Positions 42,501 through 51,253 are shown, counted from the stretch's first letter. The stretch is 64,000 nt of DNA from Candidatus Nomurabacteria bacterium (GCA_023267195.1 JAHFNT010000003.1:10841-74840), one strand, 5' to 3'. Numbers and translations: made by a program. Notes: a model not told the origin generated them from the letters alone.

Positions 42501-42563
42501 GAAGAATATTCAAGGTTAAGCAAACAGCACCAAGATCATCTTCATACTTCTTTTAATCAATGA
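36531..42563 (+). CDS. Rhs/YD-repeat polymorphic toxin (SpvB + FG-GAP + TcdB-mid + Rhs core) with M15/LAS-like C-terminal domain
   Basis: PPGRNG..L.LQYSS..FGYGWS; DVNGDGLVD repeats; RKYAGFG; YD repeats; YLNARYYD..FISQDP..NP...DPGG; tip has H-x6-D and HxH. Confidence 0.92.
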   Translation: MQSGQATTLSGTYSKVTFLHKLLAFSLAFLFLVVPLAPVWAEKVTEDPSAISKVESTTTEPEIVTENSEDADVSTKVDMDKQPPAPQSFTVNNISGDNRDKPNLSFPQVDQASGGLAYSYPLNIPPGRNGFNPNLTLQYSSQDTDQASVFGYGWSINIPYIKRLNKTGVEKLYTTNYFTSSLSGELVNVSGSTYAPKVENGDFLKYNYDGTSWIVTDKKGTVYKFGTSTPARQDDTTGTKIYKWMLEEARDTNNNFIKYEYYKDTGQIYPETIKYTGNDTTNGVFSVSLIRSGRNDNITQNSTLFSITTNYKISEIQTITNGTWNKKYILGYSNGDNGYKSLITSITESGQDENANVVTLPPVQFTYQVATTPGSDFVSDFAWSNPVSPTISTNPSYGAVVADVNSDGLPDIMESYRSSGTLIWYKGTYLNNGNGTWTQNPNLEPPTIFGDNNPVTEQGIRAVDLNADGFVDLVQSSGSLSKVYINTGTSWVLNNNWIPKCAFASPIYGDIGCRLDDINGDDLPDFFIARGDNTGNPPINTEVYLNNGNGWSENPEPGWSIPADLRFGTVPVDYNGDGLLDFLQGYKNTLSNPTVEIKKAYKNNGDKTWSLDGAYTSPVIFATQTNLASLPFTTGALVADVNGDGLVDILHGTETTDGGHLNKGTGWSFTPNWDFGHGSIPIEAPLRARLGDFDGDGMIDYYESGSGSATFSKNQNIKADLIKTIKNQYGGISTITYKGSTQYKNGNSLANPNLPFNIITVSSISSNPSLGGTSVVKNYTYEQGDYYYNTILDRKYAGFGKIIDLDSSGAKTASYFHQGNETNSSLGEYDDHPSKIGKIYRTEIRDSSGNLYESVINKWEKQNLGPGRDFAKLARTMVMSFDGNSDNRSKAEEYSYDSYGNLTQKISWGEVIGATDGTFTDLGNDKFTENISYVSNTGNYVVGLPSQDIVLDQNSDKVRETKMYYDGLAFGSVGTGNETKLEKWKSGSSYVNTQKSYNITYGILTSSTDERGKVTTYSYDSYNLYPISVTNPALQIVRYLYDYSLGKPKQLIDQNSFTYQTIFDGLDRVLQEKVPDLSSPDTLVVKTAYTYADTSLAVGVLKTDYLDSTNSVNTYQYFDGLNRLIQERKEAEQSNSYNTRDIVYNNFGLIQKESLPYASNGYARTNPTTDNALYTSYSYDAQKRISNVANAVGNTSTNYDDWKTSITDPNGKIKHFLSDGYDNLVKVEEINAGNTYNTYYEWDGNKFLTKITDALANVRNFTYDGLGRRLTAEDLHAMGDSTYGTWAYTYDDAGNLTRSISPETKIINYSYDDINRLQTEDYVGGSGMEISYVYDNCTNGIGKLCSSTVLGGGDNVYTYDSVGNIASDQATINENIYLTSYSYDRQNNLSLITYPDNAQVKYIYNAAGLLEKVERKENSGTFVDVISNFDYNPTEQVAVQADANGITTTNTYDSGKLYRLTNKKTLNSTPISPWKDPNPAITPIDPYVTNFGNINITPKTNLSIALQDLSYIYDNVGNIIKIIDSSNTTTAKTADYVYDDLYRLVSATITGVPSPQTPYIQTFTYDAIGNITSGPLGTYLYQGNTGVNYANPHATTSIGGVEQTYDKDGNLISAGDITYSWNYKGKLAETLSVYNYYNAKGDRVQTNAFSSINTYYPNKFYSTSCPNCSDRQPPDQERQIKLTKQIYIGDTLVATTETLSAVVTPYYDHTDQLGSITIVSDANKNIAQTLDYYPYGKKRVVAPPGDYDSQRQYIGQIYDLDTGLNYLNARYYDGNKGQFISQDPMFWNFDNSWLLDPQNMNAYSYARGNPMNRSDPGGMASKEFNFPTFTMIKSFFNSLVGKTNTQRETTQIPFINQNNSQKKTDNSGQNKNTSGYIRSNDVNITFSPGADNVVNQKMVDGYKNVFKEAGHYGIISVNFYSTTNHVSEPPGSFSWHDFALAGDINMVNGMKATEDNFYAKTLQEVINRTQGVRENFGPFMITHSSKIYSQEEYSRLSKQHQDHLHTSFNQ

Positions 42564-42576
42564 TTATAAAAAATTT

Positions 42577-43020
42577 ATGAAAAAAATAGGGAAAATCATT
42601 ATACTTACTGGTATTGTATTAATAACATTTTTTATATTCTATAAAAATACATCCCGTATAGTATTAGGAACCTTTTTAGAAGTTCCAGAAAATTTGATGG
42701 ATTCCGGTTGTACTTTTTATTGGAGCCAAGAAGATAGTGTTAATAAAAAATATGCTTTTGTATCTACCTTTGGATCCAATAAAGATTTAACTCCAAATGC
42801 TTTGATTGTTATCAACAATAATCCAGAAAAATTAAACGAAACAAATTCAGGTAGCAACAATTTATATAAATATTCAAATAGTAAATTTGATGTCGTAATA
42901 AAAATTACAAGCAGTATTCCGTCTGGCAACGAAGGCTCCTCTGAAAAAGGTATTTTAACTGTTGAGGATAAAAGTGGGAAAAGTACTTCAAAGGAAGTGA
43001 CGGGATATTGTGGAACCTAG
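42577..43020 (+). CDS. Putative cognate immunity protein, membrane-anchored
   Basis: Starts 13 nt after the Rhs stop; N-terminal TM; low GC. Confidence 0.65.
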   Translation: MKKIGKIIILTGIVLITFFIFYKNTSRIVLGTFLEVPENLMDSGCTFYWSQEDSVNKKYAFVSTFGSNKDLTPNALIVINNNPEKLNETNSGSNNLYKYSNSKFDVVIKITSSIPSGNEGSSEKGILTVEDKSGKSTSKEVTGYCGT

Positions 43021-43057
43021 GTAAAAATAAAAGCGAATACTTTTTATCAAAAATTAA

Positions 43058-43936
43058 ATGAAGGATAAATTAATACAATTAAAAAATTCAAAATTATTTA
43101 ATGTATTAATTGTTATTTTTGTGTTTATTTTTGTTGGTTTTTTGTTAGTTAATCAGCAAAATCTTAAAGTAAAAGGTATTGATGAAAAAGTTGCCGCGAT
43201 TGAAAAAGACAATAGTCTTAGAAAAAGAACATTCACGAATGACCAATTTATTGAAATTGACTCGGTAACAGATAATGGCCAAGAGCTAATTGTATATTAT
43301 AAAGATAATCAAATTAAAAAATTGGAATATTCATTGGGGCTTTCTTTTGGCGTAAAAAAATTGGCTTCTTATTTTGACACAGGAAAAGTATTTTATGTTC
43401 ATGAAACAGAACAGGACTTTCCTGTACTAAATAACGCTGAGGGACTTAATTATGAAAAACTAAATCTTGCCTTCGAGGGATGGTATTACTTTGATAACAA
43501 TAAACTAATAAAGCAAAAAACCATTGGGAAGAAAAGATTTGAAGATGATAACAAGATAGATGCTGTACTGAAACTTTCGGCTGGAGCAGAAGAAAGTCTA
43601 AAATTGTTATTAGATAATGAGAATAAATCTAAAGAAGAAAAACTCTCATCCTGTTTAATGTTATTAGAGCAAGTCAATGCATCATTAATCGATGAAAGCG
43701 AATGGGAGGCAGTAGAAATAGATAAAGTTAATGAGGAAAAGGTGTCTCTTAATAACTTGGCAGCAAAAAAGTTTCAGGAGGCATCTAGGAATAAGGAAGA
43801 AATTCAAGCAAATTATGGACCCTTCATCATGGAAAAAACTAAGACCAGAGGAGGTGAGATTATACAAGAAACTAATCCTGAGTTGATAAAATGTGCTCAA
43901 GACAGAATTATTATATCAATTTGGCAACCTAAATAA
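43058..43936 (+). CDS. Membrane-anchored hypothetical protein, possible orphan immunity
   Basis: 292 aa with N-terminal TM in the AT-rich tail of the Rhs locus. Confidence 0.65.
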   Translation: MKDKLIQLKNSKLFNVLIVIFVFIFVGFLLVNQQNLKVKGIDEKVAAIEKDNSLRKRTFTNDQFIEIDSVTDNGQELIVYYKDNQIKKLEYSLGLSFGVKKLASYFDTGKVFYVHETEQDFPVLNNAEGLNYEKLNLAFEGWYYFDNNKLIKQKTIGKKRFEDDNKIDAVLKLSAGAEESLKLLLDNENKSKEEKLSSCLMLLEQVNASLIDESEWEAVEIDKVNEEKVSLNNLAAKKFQEASRNKEEIQANYGPFIMEKTKTRGGEIIQETNPELIKCAQDRIIISIWQPK

Positions 43937-44022
43937 TGCAAAAGACAGCTGATAAAGCAAATCAGGTAAAAAATTATGTTAAAAATTTTGTTAGATCTAT
44001 TACTAATTAATGAATACTATAT

Positions 44023-44432
44023 ATGGAACAGAAAACAATAAATGTATGGGTGGTTAGGTTTATTAAAAATATAGTTAAAATTTTTATTGGGGGAGGAGGA
44101 GTCGCGATAATTCTTGCAATGTTGCTGGAATATTTTTTGCTTATTCAGAAGGATTAGGGTGGAGTAATGGATTACAGGATTACTTATTCGCCTTTTATCT
44201 TATTGGTATCACTTCAATTTTTACTTCTGCTATTTTTGCTTCATCTTTTTTTATAGTTACACTAAATAAGCAGGATGCAAAGTGGTATATCCTCGCAGTT
44301 TTGTCTGGTTTCTTTAATTTCCTATTCTATTTTATCCTTAAGGATTTAACTTCAGGGTTAAAAGGCATAATCATGCTGTTCGTTATTGGATTAGTAGTAA
44401 ATATTATCTCATTCCGGAGAAGTGTAATATAA
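44023..44432 (+). pseudogene. Frameshifted multi-TM membrane gene (about 136 aa if repaired)
   Basis: MEQKTINVW...EYF frame stops at 44157; one extra T in the T6 run (44133-44138) joins a hydrophobic frame open to TAA 44432. Confidence 0.65.
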
Positions 44433-44539
44433 TCCATGTAGAAACAATAGTGGCTATCCCCGTTATTCTTTCAGTTTGGTCATTTTTGGACAAAAAAATT
44501 ACAAAAACTAAGGAAAATTAATAACATAATTATAACATA

Positions 44540-44902
44540 ATGGACATATTTATATTCTTTGGTTTCGTGTTGTTTATGGTGGGTATTATTTTAATGTTTT
44601 ATTTCCCACCAATGAGAAAAATTGAAGTAAAGTATTGGGTGAGTATAGTCATATCTTTAATATGTCTACTAGAGATTATTGGTGTTTCAACTTCTTCTGA
44701 TGATCTATATGCCATTTTTATGTATCAAATTATAACTGCCCCCTTAGGCATCATTTCTTTTCTGGTTTCACTTATTATTCAGAGAATGGAAAAAAGTAAA
44801 GAAAAATGGAAAACATATACTACAATAGGAGGAATTATATTAGGACTAATTACTGCCATATTGCCAATAGTCTTATTCAAGATGGGTATGATGCTCAGAT
44901 AA
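44540..44902 (+). CDS. 4-TM membrane protein, possible immunity protein
   Basis: 120 aa, four hydrophobic segments. Confidence 0.7.
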   Translation: MDIFIFFGFVLFMVGIILMFYFPPMRKIEVKYWVSIVISLICLLEIIGVSTSSDDLYAIFMYQIITAPLGIISFLVSLIIQRMEKSKEKWKTYTTIGGIILGLITAILPIVLFKMGMMLR

Positions 44903-45107
44903 ATACCGTTTTTGATAAATAAAGATAGATAGGCGCAGCCACCATTTCTACTCTCCCCATTCTGGTTTTCTAATACCCAATTTTTCTTTTACAAAAAAGT
45001 CTACTCCATCTGATAAAACTTTCCCCCAACCTCCCTGCCTGAATGCTCCTTCACTCAAAATTTTTACAATTCCCAATTTAAAATTTTTGCGGTATAATTA
45101 ACCAACA

Positions 45108-45737
45108 ATGCCATTCAATTTCAGTTTTGAAGATGCGAAGGTTGTTTTAGGTATCGTCGCTGGAATTATTGCCTTGTTTGCTTATATAGTTTATGTAATA
45201 TCTATATTTCGGGGTGGTTCAAAACCAAACCGCGCCACTTGGTGGATCTGGGCTTTTATGGGCTTAGTGCTAGCGCTAAGTTATCAATTTTCTGGTGCTG
45301 GAAATACTATCTGGGTACCATACGTTGAATTTTTAGGACCATTCACCATCGCACTGCTATCTTTAAAATATGGAGAGGGTGGATTGAGTGATAAAACAGA
45401 TTTGTTTTGTCTGTTTGGCGCAATTTTCAGCGTCATACTTTGGATTATTTTTGATAATCCGACAATCGCGTTAGTAACAAATCTAGCTATTGATTCTTTT
45501 GCCATAGTTCCAACAATTAAGAAATCGTATTTGCGTCCAGAGGGAGAAGATTTTTGGGCATGGTTTGGCACTGGCGTGGCAGATAGCCTCAATATGTTCG
45601 CGGTTGAGAAATTTACTTTTGCAATACTTGTATACCCTATCTATATGCTTGTTTCTGATCTTATAATAATTTTTATACTTCTTTTACGAAAAAAAGGTAT
45701 AATGAAAGACGTAAGTTTTCTCACCAAGCATGATTAA
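45108..45737 (+). CDS. Multi-TM membrane protein with duplicated KP/RP..W motif (PQ-loop-like)
   Basis: SKPNRATWWIW and RPEGEDFWAW halves; about 7 TM. Confidence 0.75.
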   Translation: MPFNFSFEDAKVVLGIVAGIIALFAYIVYVISIFRGGSKPNRATWWIWAFMGLVLALSYQFSGAGNTIWVPYVEFLGPFTIALLSLKYGEGGLSDKTDLFCLFGAIFSVILWIIFDNPTIALVTNLAIDSFAIVPTIKKSYLRPEGEDFWAWFGTGVADSLNMFAVEKFTFAILVYPIYMLVSDLIIIFILLLRKKGIMKDVSFLTKHD

Positions 45738-45740
45738 TTT

Positions 45741-46283
45741 ATGAAAATATATATCGGGAAAAGTAAGCTAGATGGAAAAGGATTGTTTGCGGCAAGAAAA
45801 ATAAAAAAGGGAGAAATTGTTTTTATAATAAAAGGAAAAAAGGTTAAATTTTTAATAGATGGTGAAAAACAAGCTAGAATTGCTGGATTGAATTGGGTTG
45901 GCATAGGAAAAAATGAATGGATAGATCCCATTAATCATTGTATTTACTTTAACCACTCCTGTAATCCAAATTCAGGGATAAAAGGAACAGTTACAGTGGT
46001 AGCACTTCGAGACATAAAGAAAAACGAAGAAGTAACTTTTGACTACTCTTTGGATGAAGCAGATATTTTTTGGCATTTAAAATGTAATTGTAATAACACA
46101 AATTGCAGAAAAATAATTAGATCGATACAATTTTTACCCCACAAAATTTTTAACCAACGTATAAATTCTATACCAAAATACTTTCAACAAGTCTATAAAA
46201 AATATAAGATATCTAATTTTGCAAACGAGCAAGAACTTCAGGAAAAGTGGGTAAATTTTCTTAAAAAAGATTTTAATGTATAA
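45741..46283 (+). CDS. SET-domain protein-lysine methyltransferase with post-SET
   Basis: GKGLFA, YFNHSCNPN, EEVTFDY, CNCNNTNCR. Confidence 0.9.
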   Translation: MKIYIGKSKLDGKGLFAARKIKKGEIVFIIKGKKVKFLIDGEKQARIAGLNWVGIGKNEWIDPINHCIYFNHSCNPNSGIKGTVTVVALRDIKKNEEVTFDYSLDEADIFWHLKCNCNNTNCRKIIRSIQFLPHKIFNQRINSIPKYFQQVYKKYKISNFANEQELQEKWVNFLKKDFNV

Positions 46284-46293
46284 TATGTATTGT

Positions 46294-46446
46294 ATGATTA
46301 ATAAGGGGTCTAAAATTTTTTTCACAATCTTTTTTATTCTCGTAATAAGTTCAGTTATATTTACCTATTATCGATATGTAGTATTAAAAGATTTTGACTT
46401 TTTTACCGACAAAGAGGCTTTTGATGCTTCACTATCCGAAGAATAA
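46294..46446 (+). CDS. 50-aa single-TM protein upstream of the sensor kinase; absent from ORF track
   Basis: MINKGSKIFFTIFFILVISSVIFTYYRYVVLKDFDFFTDKEAFDASLSEE; stop 2 nt before the kinase ATG; alternative ATGs at 46276 and 46285. Confidence 0.6.
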   Translation: MINKGSKIFFTIFFILVISSVIFTYYRYVVLKDFDFFTDKEAFDASLSEE

Positions 46447-46448
46447 AT

Positions 46449-48104
46449 ATGGAAACCTCCATTCAAACATTTATAGACATGTGCCAATGGGATACTACAA
46501 AGTTTTTAATCTTTTCAAATAATGTTTTTGGTATGTTAATATACTATTCCCATCTTTCTGCTCTAGTTTTATCGCTAGCAATTGGCATTTTTATATTTTT
46601 TAGGGATAAAAAATCACTTATTAACAAACTACTTTTTTTTATAACACTAACATTTTCATTGTGGGTGTTTCTTGACTTGTTTTTGTGGGCTAATGAAAAA
46701 CCTGATTTACAAATGTTTGCCTGGTCGATGATCATATTGGTGGAACTCTTAATATATATATTAAGCCTTTATTTTATAGATGTTTTTATAAACAAACAAG
46801 ATATAAGTCTTAAAAAAAAATTTGGGATATTTTTACCATTATTACCAGTAATAATTTTACTCCCTACCAAGTTTTTATTACAAGGTTTTGATCTAACTAA
46901 CTGCTACAGAGACACATCTGAAGGATTTTTAGCTATATATTACGTATATCTAATAGAAATATTCTATGCTTTTTGGATATTATTATTTTTGTTTAAAGAA
47001 TATAAGAAGGCGTTACCAGATATAAAAAAACAGATAATACTTATATCAACAGGAATAATTTTGTTTCTAATCAGTTTTGTTTCAGGAAATATTATAGGAA
47101 GCTTGACGGACAGTTGGACTACGGCGCAGATTGGCCTTTTTGGTATGCCGATTTTTGTTGGGTTTTTGGCATACATGATCGTAAAATTTAAAACTTTCAA
47201 TATAAAAATGATCGGGGCGCAGGCACTTGTTTTTGCTTTGGGGTTTTCTGTGCTTGGAATTATTTTTATTAGAACGGTTGAAAATGTGCGTCTTGTAGCA
47301 ATTGCCACCTTACTTCTAATAATTATAGTTGGATACCTTCTCATAAAAGGGGTCAAACGGGAAGTTGCGCAGAAAGAGCAACTGGCAGCGCTGAATGAGA
47401 GTTTGAAGAATTTGATCAAGCAAAGGGAGAGCTTGGTGCACCTTATTACCCATAAAGTTAAAGGATCTTTCACTCGCACAAAGTTTCTTTTTGCTGGAAT
47501 GCTCGATGGCACTTTTGGAGAAATATCGCCGGAGATCAGAAAAAGAGCAGAGCAAGGTCTAGAATTTGACAATGGAGGAATACAGACAGTTGATCTCGTG
47601 TTAAACGCCGCCAATCTGGAAAATGGCATTATTAAATACGATATGAAAAAGGTTAATTTCAAAGATGTGGTCAGTGAGACCATCAATGATAAAAAGTTGG
47701 CCGCCGAGGCAAAGAGTCTGCAGATAGAAACAAAAATGGAAGATGGATTTTACAATGTGGAAGGCGATGCTTTTTGGTTGAAAGAAGTAGTAAATAATTT
47801 AATTGATAATTCAATAAAATATACCAGGGAGGGCAAGATCCTGGTGGAGCTCAAAGATGGAGATGGAAAAGTGAGGCTTTCTATTACCGATACCGGCATC
47901 GGCATCACCGAAGAAGATAAGACAAATCTGTTTAAAGAAGGTGGCCGGGGGAAAGATTCCGTCAAGATAAACGTGGATTCGACCGGCTATGGACTCTATA
48001 CAGTTAAATTGGTCGTAGAAGCACATAAAGGCCGCGTCTGGGCCGAATCTGAAGGATCGAATAAAGGCTCCAAATTCTTTGTAGAATTGCCAGCGATAAA
48101 ATAA
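46449..48104 (+). CDS. Membrane sensor histidine kinase (multi-TM N-terminus)
   Basis: H-box LITHKVKG, N-box NLIDNSIKY, DTGIG, GYGL. Confidence 0.92.
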   Translation: METSIQTFIDMCQWDTTKFLIFSNNVFGMLIYYSHLSALVLSLAIGIFIFFRDKKSLINKLLFFITLTFSLWVFLDLFLWANEKPDLQMFAWSMIILVELLIYILSLYFIDVFINKQDISLKKKFGIFLPLLPVIILLPTKFLLQGFDLTNCYRDTSEGFLAIYYVYLIEIFYAFWILLFLFKEYKKALPDIKKQIILISTGIILFLISFVSGNIIGSLTDSWTTAQIGLFGMPIFVGFLAYMIVKFKTFNIKMIGAQALVFALGFSVLGIIFIRTVENVRLVAIATLLLIIIVGYLLIKGVKREVAQKEQLAALNESLKNLIKQRESLVHLITHKVKGSFTRTKFLFAGMLDGTFGEISPEIRKRAEQGLEFDNGGIQTVDLVLNAANLENGIIKYDMKKVNFKDVVSETINDKKLAAEAKSLQIETKMEDGFYNVEGDAFWLKEVVNNLIDNSIKYTREGKILVELKDGDGKVRLSITDTGIGITEEDKTNLFKEGGRGKDSVKINVDSTGYGLYTVKLVVEAHKGRVWAESEGSNKGSKFFVELPAIK

Positions 48105-48106
48105 AT

Positions 48107-48979
48107 CTATTTCTTCTTCTGGCTTCCTGTCAAACGCAGCATTATTTCGTGTGCGGTGTTGGCTGAGTTGGTGATGAGTACAGAATTTTCATCTGTAAAA
48201 ATATACATCAATACTATTTTCCCGTCTTTATCATAGAGGATACGCGCGTTCTTATTTTCTACTATCCCATCCTCAAAATCTTTCGTGAAGAGGTAATTGG
48301 TGCTACTAGACAGATTGACATTCACTAAACCCCCAATGTCAGAGAGCATTTTCCCTTCCCACTCGCGCAAAGCATTAAAAATATCTGCAGTTGAACGAAC
48401 TTTTATTAAAACAAAGAATCCATTTGGCTCCTCCGCCAAAGAATCAGGCTTATTATTTACTACACCCATCAGAAAATTATCACTTACTAGAAAAGTGTCT
48501 TTAGCCAAAGAAAGCCTTGCCTTGATAAGGGAAATAAATTCCCGCAGTCCGATGATACGTTTATTTTTCGTAAGGTAAATGCCTTCCAGTCCGCCAGTTT
48601 TTACCGAGGTATTATTTACTTGATTCAGAATAGTTTGCACTATTTCTTCTTTCTTCAGCCCCAAAACTTCAAAATACGAAATTTTGTCGTTAAAAATAAT
48701 TGGGGTAAACTGTTGCTCTACTGGAATTGAGTTATCTTTTTTATTAAAAGATAAAAAAGATATAATTGCCAAACCTGAAATTATCAGCAAAATGCTAACT
48801 GCCACAAAAACTTTATTCTTCTTTGATTCGGGCGATAAATTCCTTTTTTCCGCTTCGTGCTGTTCTTCCCCATGAATTATTTTTTTAACCAAACCCGCTG
48901 TATCATTTTCAAGAATCTTCGCCATATCCTCGGCATAAGTTTCAGCAATTATATTTTTTATTTTTTTATCTTGCTCCAT
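48107..48979 (-). CDS. Single-TM hypothetical protein
   Basis: 290 aa, overlaps the pnp stop. Confidence 0.75.
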   Translation of the reverse strand: MEQDKKIKNIIAETYAEDMAKILENDTAGLVKKIIHGEEQHEAEKRNLSPESKKNKVFVAVSILLIISGLAIISFLSFNKKDNSIPVEQQFTPIIFNDKISYFEVLGLKKEEIVQTILNQVNNTSVKTGGLEGIYLTKNKRIIGLREFISLIKARLSLAKDTFLVSDNFLMGVVNNKPDSLAEEPNGFFVLIKVRSTADIFNALREWEGKMLSDIGGLVNVNLSSSTNYLFTKDFEDGIVENKNARILYDKDGKIVLMYIFTDENSVLITNSANTAHEIMLRLTGSQKKK

Positions 48980-51095
48980 TCTTCTGGTGATTAAAAAAAT
49001 CTTTATCAGCTTCTTTAATAGACAAGCCTATCCTACTTTTTTCTATATCAATATTTATAACCTTAACTGGCACAATCATTCCTTCTTTAATTATATCGCT
49101 AACTCTTTCCACGCGAAATGGCGCCATTTCAGAAATATGCACCATCCCATCGGTAAAATCATTCAATCGGACAAAAGCTCCAAAATCAGCAATTTTTACA
49201 ACTTCCCCTTTCAGCGTCTCACCGACTTTAAATTCATGGGTCATTTCTTCAACTATGGTTTTCGCTTTTTCGGCAGAACCATCTTTGCCGGTCAGGTACA
49301 CTGTACCATCATCCTCAATCGTTATTTCAGCCCCAGTGCGTTCTTTGATATCTTTAATTGTTTTGCCTCCGCCCCCGATGACTAATCCGATTTTGTCCGG
49401 ATTAATTTTAATAATCAAGATTTTGGGCGCATTAGCAGAAATATTCGCGCGCGGCCCCGCAATTTCTTTTTCAATCACATCTAAAATTTGCAGTCGCGCA
49501 GCTTTAGATTGCCTCATTGCTTCTCCTAAAATCTTCACTGGCACACCTTCGACTTTCACATCGAGCTGGATCGCCGTAACCCCGCTCCTCGTTCCCGCAA
49601 TTTTAAAATCCATATCTCCATGATGATCTTCCGGTCCTTGGATATCGGTCAAGATTTTATATTTTTCATCAGTCGCGTGCATAAGTCCCATGGCGATACC
49701 AGCCACTGGAGCTTTAATTGGAACTCCCCCATCCATAAGCGCTAAGCTTGAAGCACAAATCGAGGCCTGAGAAGTGGAACCATTTGAAGCCATAGATTCG
49801 GAAACTAAACGCATTGTGTACGGAAATTCTGATACTGTTGGCAAGACCATCGCAAGCGCTTTTTCTGCCAGCGCCCCGTGTCCGATCTCTCGGCGATTAG
49901 TAAACCCTGCTCTACCCACCTCTCCGCCAGAATAAGGAGGAAAATTATAGTGGTGCATAAATCTTTTTTCTACTTTCAACTGTAGCCCATCGACTAAATT
50001 TCTCTCTTCTGGACCACCCAAGGTTAAAACCGAAAGCACATGCGTGCCCCCGCGATAAAAAATTCCAGAACCATGGAGCTGGCTGGAGAGACCGCCGGCT
50101 TGAGCATACAGCCCACGAAGCTCATCCATTTTTCTGCCATCCGCGCGCCTGTTTTCTTCTATCGCTTTTTTATGCAAAATTTCATTCTCCGTCTCATCAA
50201 ACAAATTGTCTTCCAGAGAAAAATCTTCTCTTTCGGTAAATTTATCTTTTACTAAGTCATTCCAGGTAGTATGAAGCGCATCTATTTTTGCCTTGCCCGC
50301 GCCAGAGAAAATAGCCTCTTCCATTTTAGGTAAAATATTTTCATTGAAAAGCTTCGCTGATTCTTCTGAAATTTTTTCTTTTTCAATAATTCTTTTCTCT
50401 TTGCCTATTTCTTTAACAATTTTTTTCTGGAAATCTTCCAACTTGGTTATCTCTTCGCTCGCCTTTGTAAGCGCAACTTCCAATTCTTCCTCCGCTATTT
50501 GGCGCGCTGAAGCCTCAATCATATTTATATTCCCATTTTTCCCGCAAACAGTCAGGTCAAATTTATATGGCGCGTCTTCATCTAGGCGCAAATTTTGCGC
50601 AGGATTGATAGCCAATTCGTCCTTATCATACTTGCCAATTCGCACACAACCGACTGGCCCAGCCCAAGGAATGTCGGAAACCGCCAAAGCGAGAGAAGCC
50701 GCGTTCACCGCGAGAATCGTCGGATCATTTTCATCCACAGACAATACTGTTACAATCACTTGCACTGCATGACGGATGGATTGATCAAAGAGTGGACGAA
50801 GCGTTCGGTCTATCACCCTGCTTGCCAAGATCGCCTCTTCAGAAGGCTTGCCTTCACGCCTGACAAAGCGTGAACCAAGGATTTTTCCGGCCGCGTAAAA
50901 TTTTTCTGTATAATCCACTGTTAAATTAAAAAATCCCAAACCAGCGTGGCTGTCTTTAGACATGCAGGCCGTCGCGAGAACAATTGTTTCACCGTATTTT
51001 AACATCACGGAACCATGTGCCTGCTCTGCTAAATCAGTAAACATGGCAGTCATTGTTTTGCCACCAATCTCTACACTATATTCTTTTTTTTGCAT
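48966..51095 (-). CDS. pnp: Polyribonucleotide nucleotidyltransferase
   Basis: Two RNase PH domains (FMHHYNFPP, RREIGHG, SNGSTS, DMDFK), KH, S1. Confidence 0.98.
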   Translation of the reverse strand: MQKKEYSVEIGGKTMTAMFTDLAEQAHGSVMLKYGETIVLATACMSKDSHAGLGFFNLTVDYTEKFYAAGKILGSRFVRREGKPSEEAILASRVIDRTLRPLFDQSIRHAVQVIVTVLSVDENDPTILAVNAASLALAVSDIPWAGPVGCVRIGKYDKDELAINPAQNLRLDEDAPYKFDLTVCGKNGNINMIEASARQIAEEELEVALTKASEEITKLEDFQKKIVKEIGKEKRIIEKEKISEESAKLFNENILPKMEEAIFSGAGKAKIDALHTTWNDLVKDKFTEREDFSLEDNLFDETENEILHKKAIEENRRADGRKMDELRGLYAQAGGLSSQLHGSGIFYRGGTHVLSVLTLGGPEERNLVDGLQLKVEKRFMHHYNFPPYSGGEVGRAGFTNRREIGHGALAEKALAMVLPTVSEFPYTMRLVSESMASNGSTSQASICASSLALMDGGVPIKAPVAGIAMGLMHATDEKYKILTDIQGPEDHHGDMDFKIAGTRSGVTAIQLDVKVEGVPVKILGEAMRQSKAARLQILDVIEKEIAGPRANISANAPKILIIKINPDKIGLVIGGGGKTIKDIKERTGAEITIEDDGTVYLTGKDGSAEKAKTIVEEMTHEFKVGETLKGEVVKIADFGAFVRLNDFTDGMVHISEMAPFRVERVSDIIKEGMIVPVKVINIDIEKSRIGLSIKEADKDFFNHQKNGAR

Positions 51096-51113
51096 TATAG
51101 CCCATTTAACATG

Positions 51114-51227
51114 GGTGAGCTCTCCTTCAGAATAAAGTATTGTTTCACACTGCTAAATGCAAAATGTGAGACATTATCTCTATCTGAAGGCGAACCTGAT
51201 TAACTAATAAATTATTTGTTCATTCTA
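51114..51227 (-). promoter_or_regulatory. pnp promoter and long leader stem-loop
   Basis: TG-c-TAGAAT (51222-51227); arms CCTTCAGA/TCTGAAGG and TGTTTCACA/TGTGAGACA. Confidence 0.6.
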
Positions 51228-51253
51228 GCACTTTTAGGGTAAAAAGCAAAAAT

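Noticed and set aside
44946-45060. Short minus-strand frame LSEGAFRQGGWGKV...KPEWGE
   Set aside because: About 36 codons with no clear start signal or motif; may be a remnant but unsupported
51141-51173. TGTTTCACA...TGTGAGACA as a parS site
   Set aside because: Half-sites are 15 nt apart; better explained as part of the pnp leader stem
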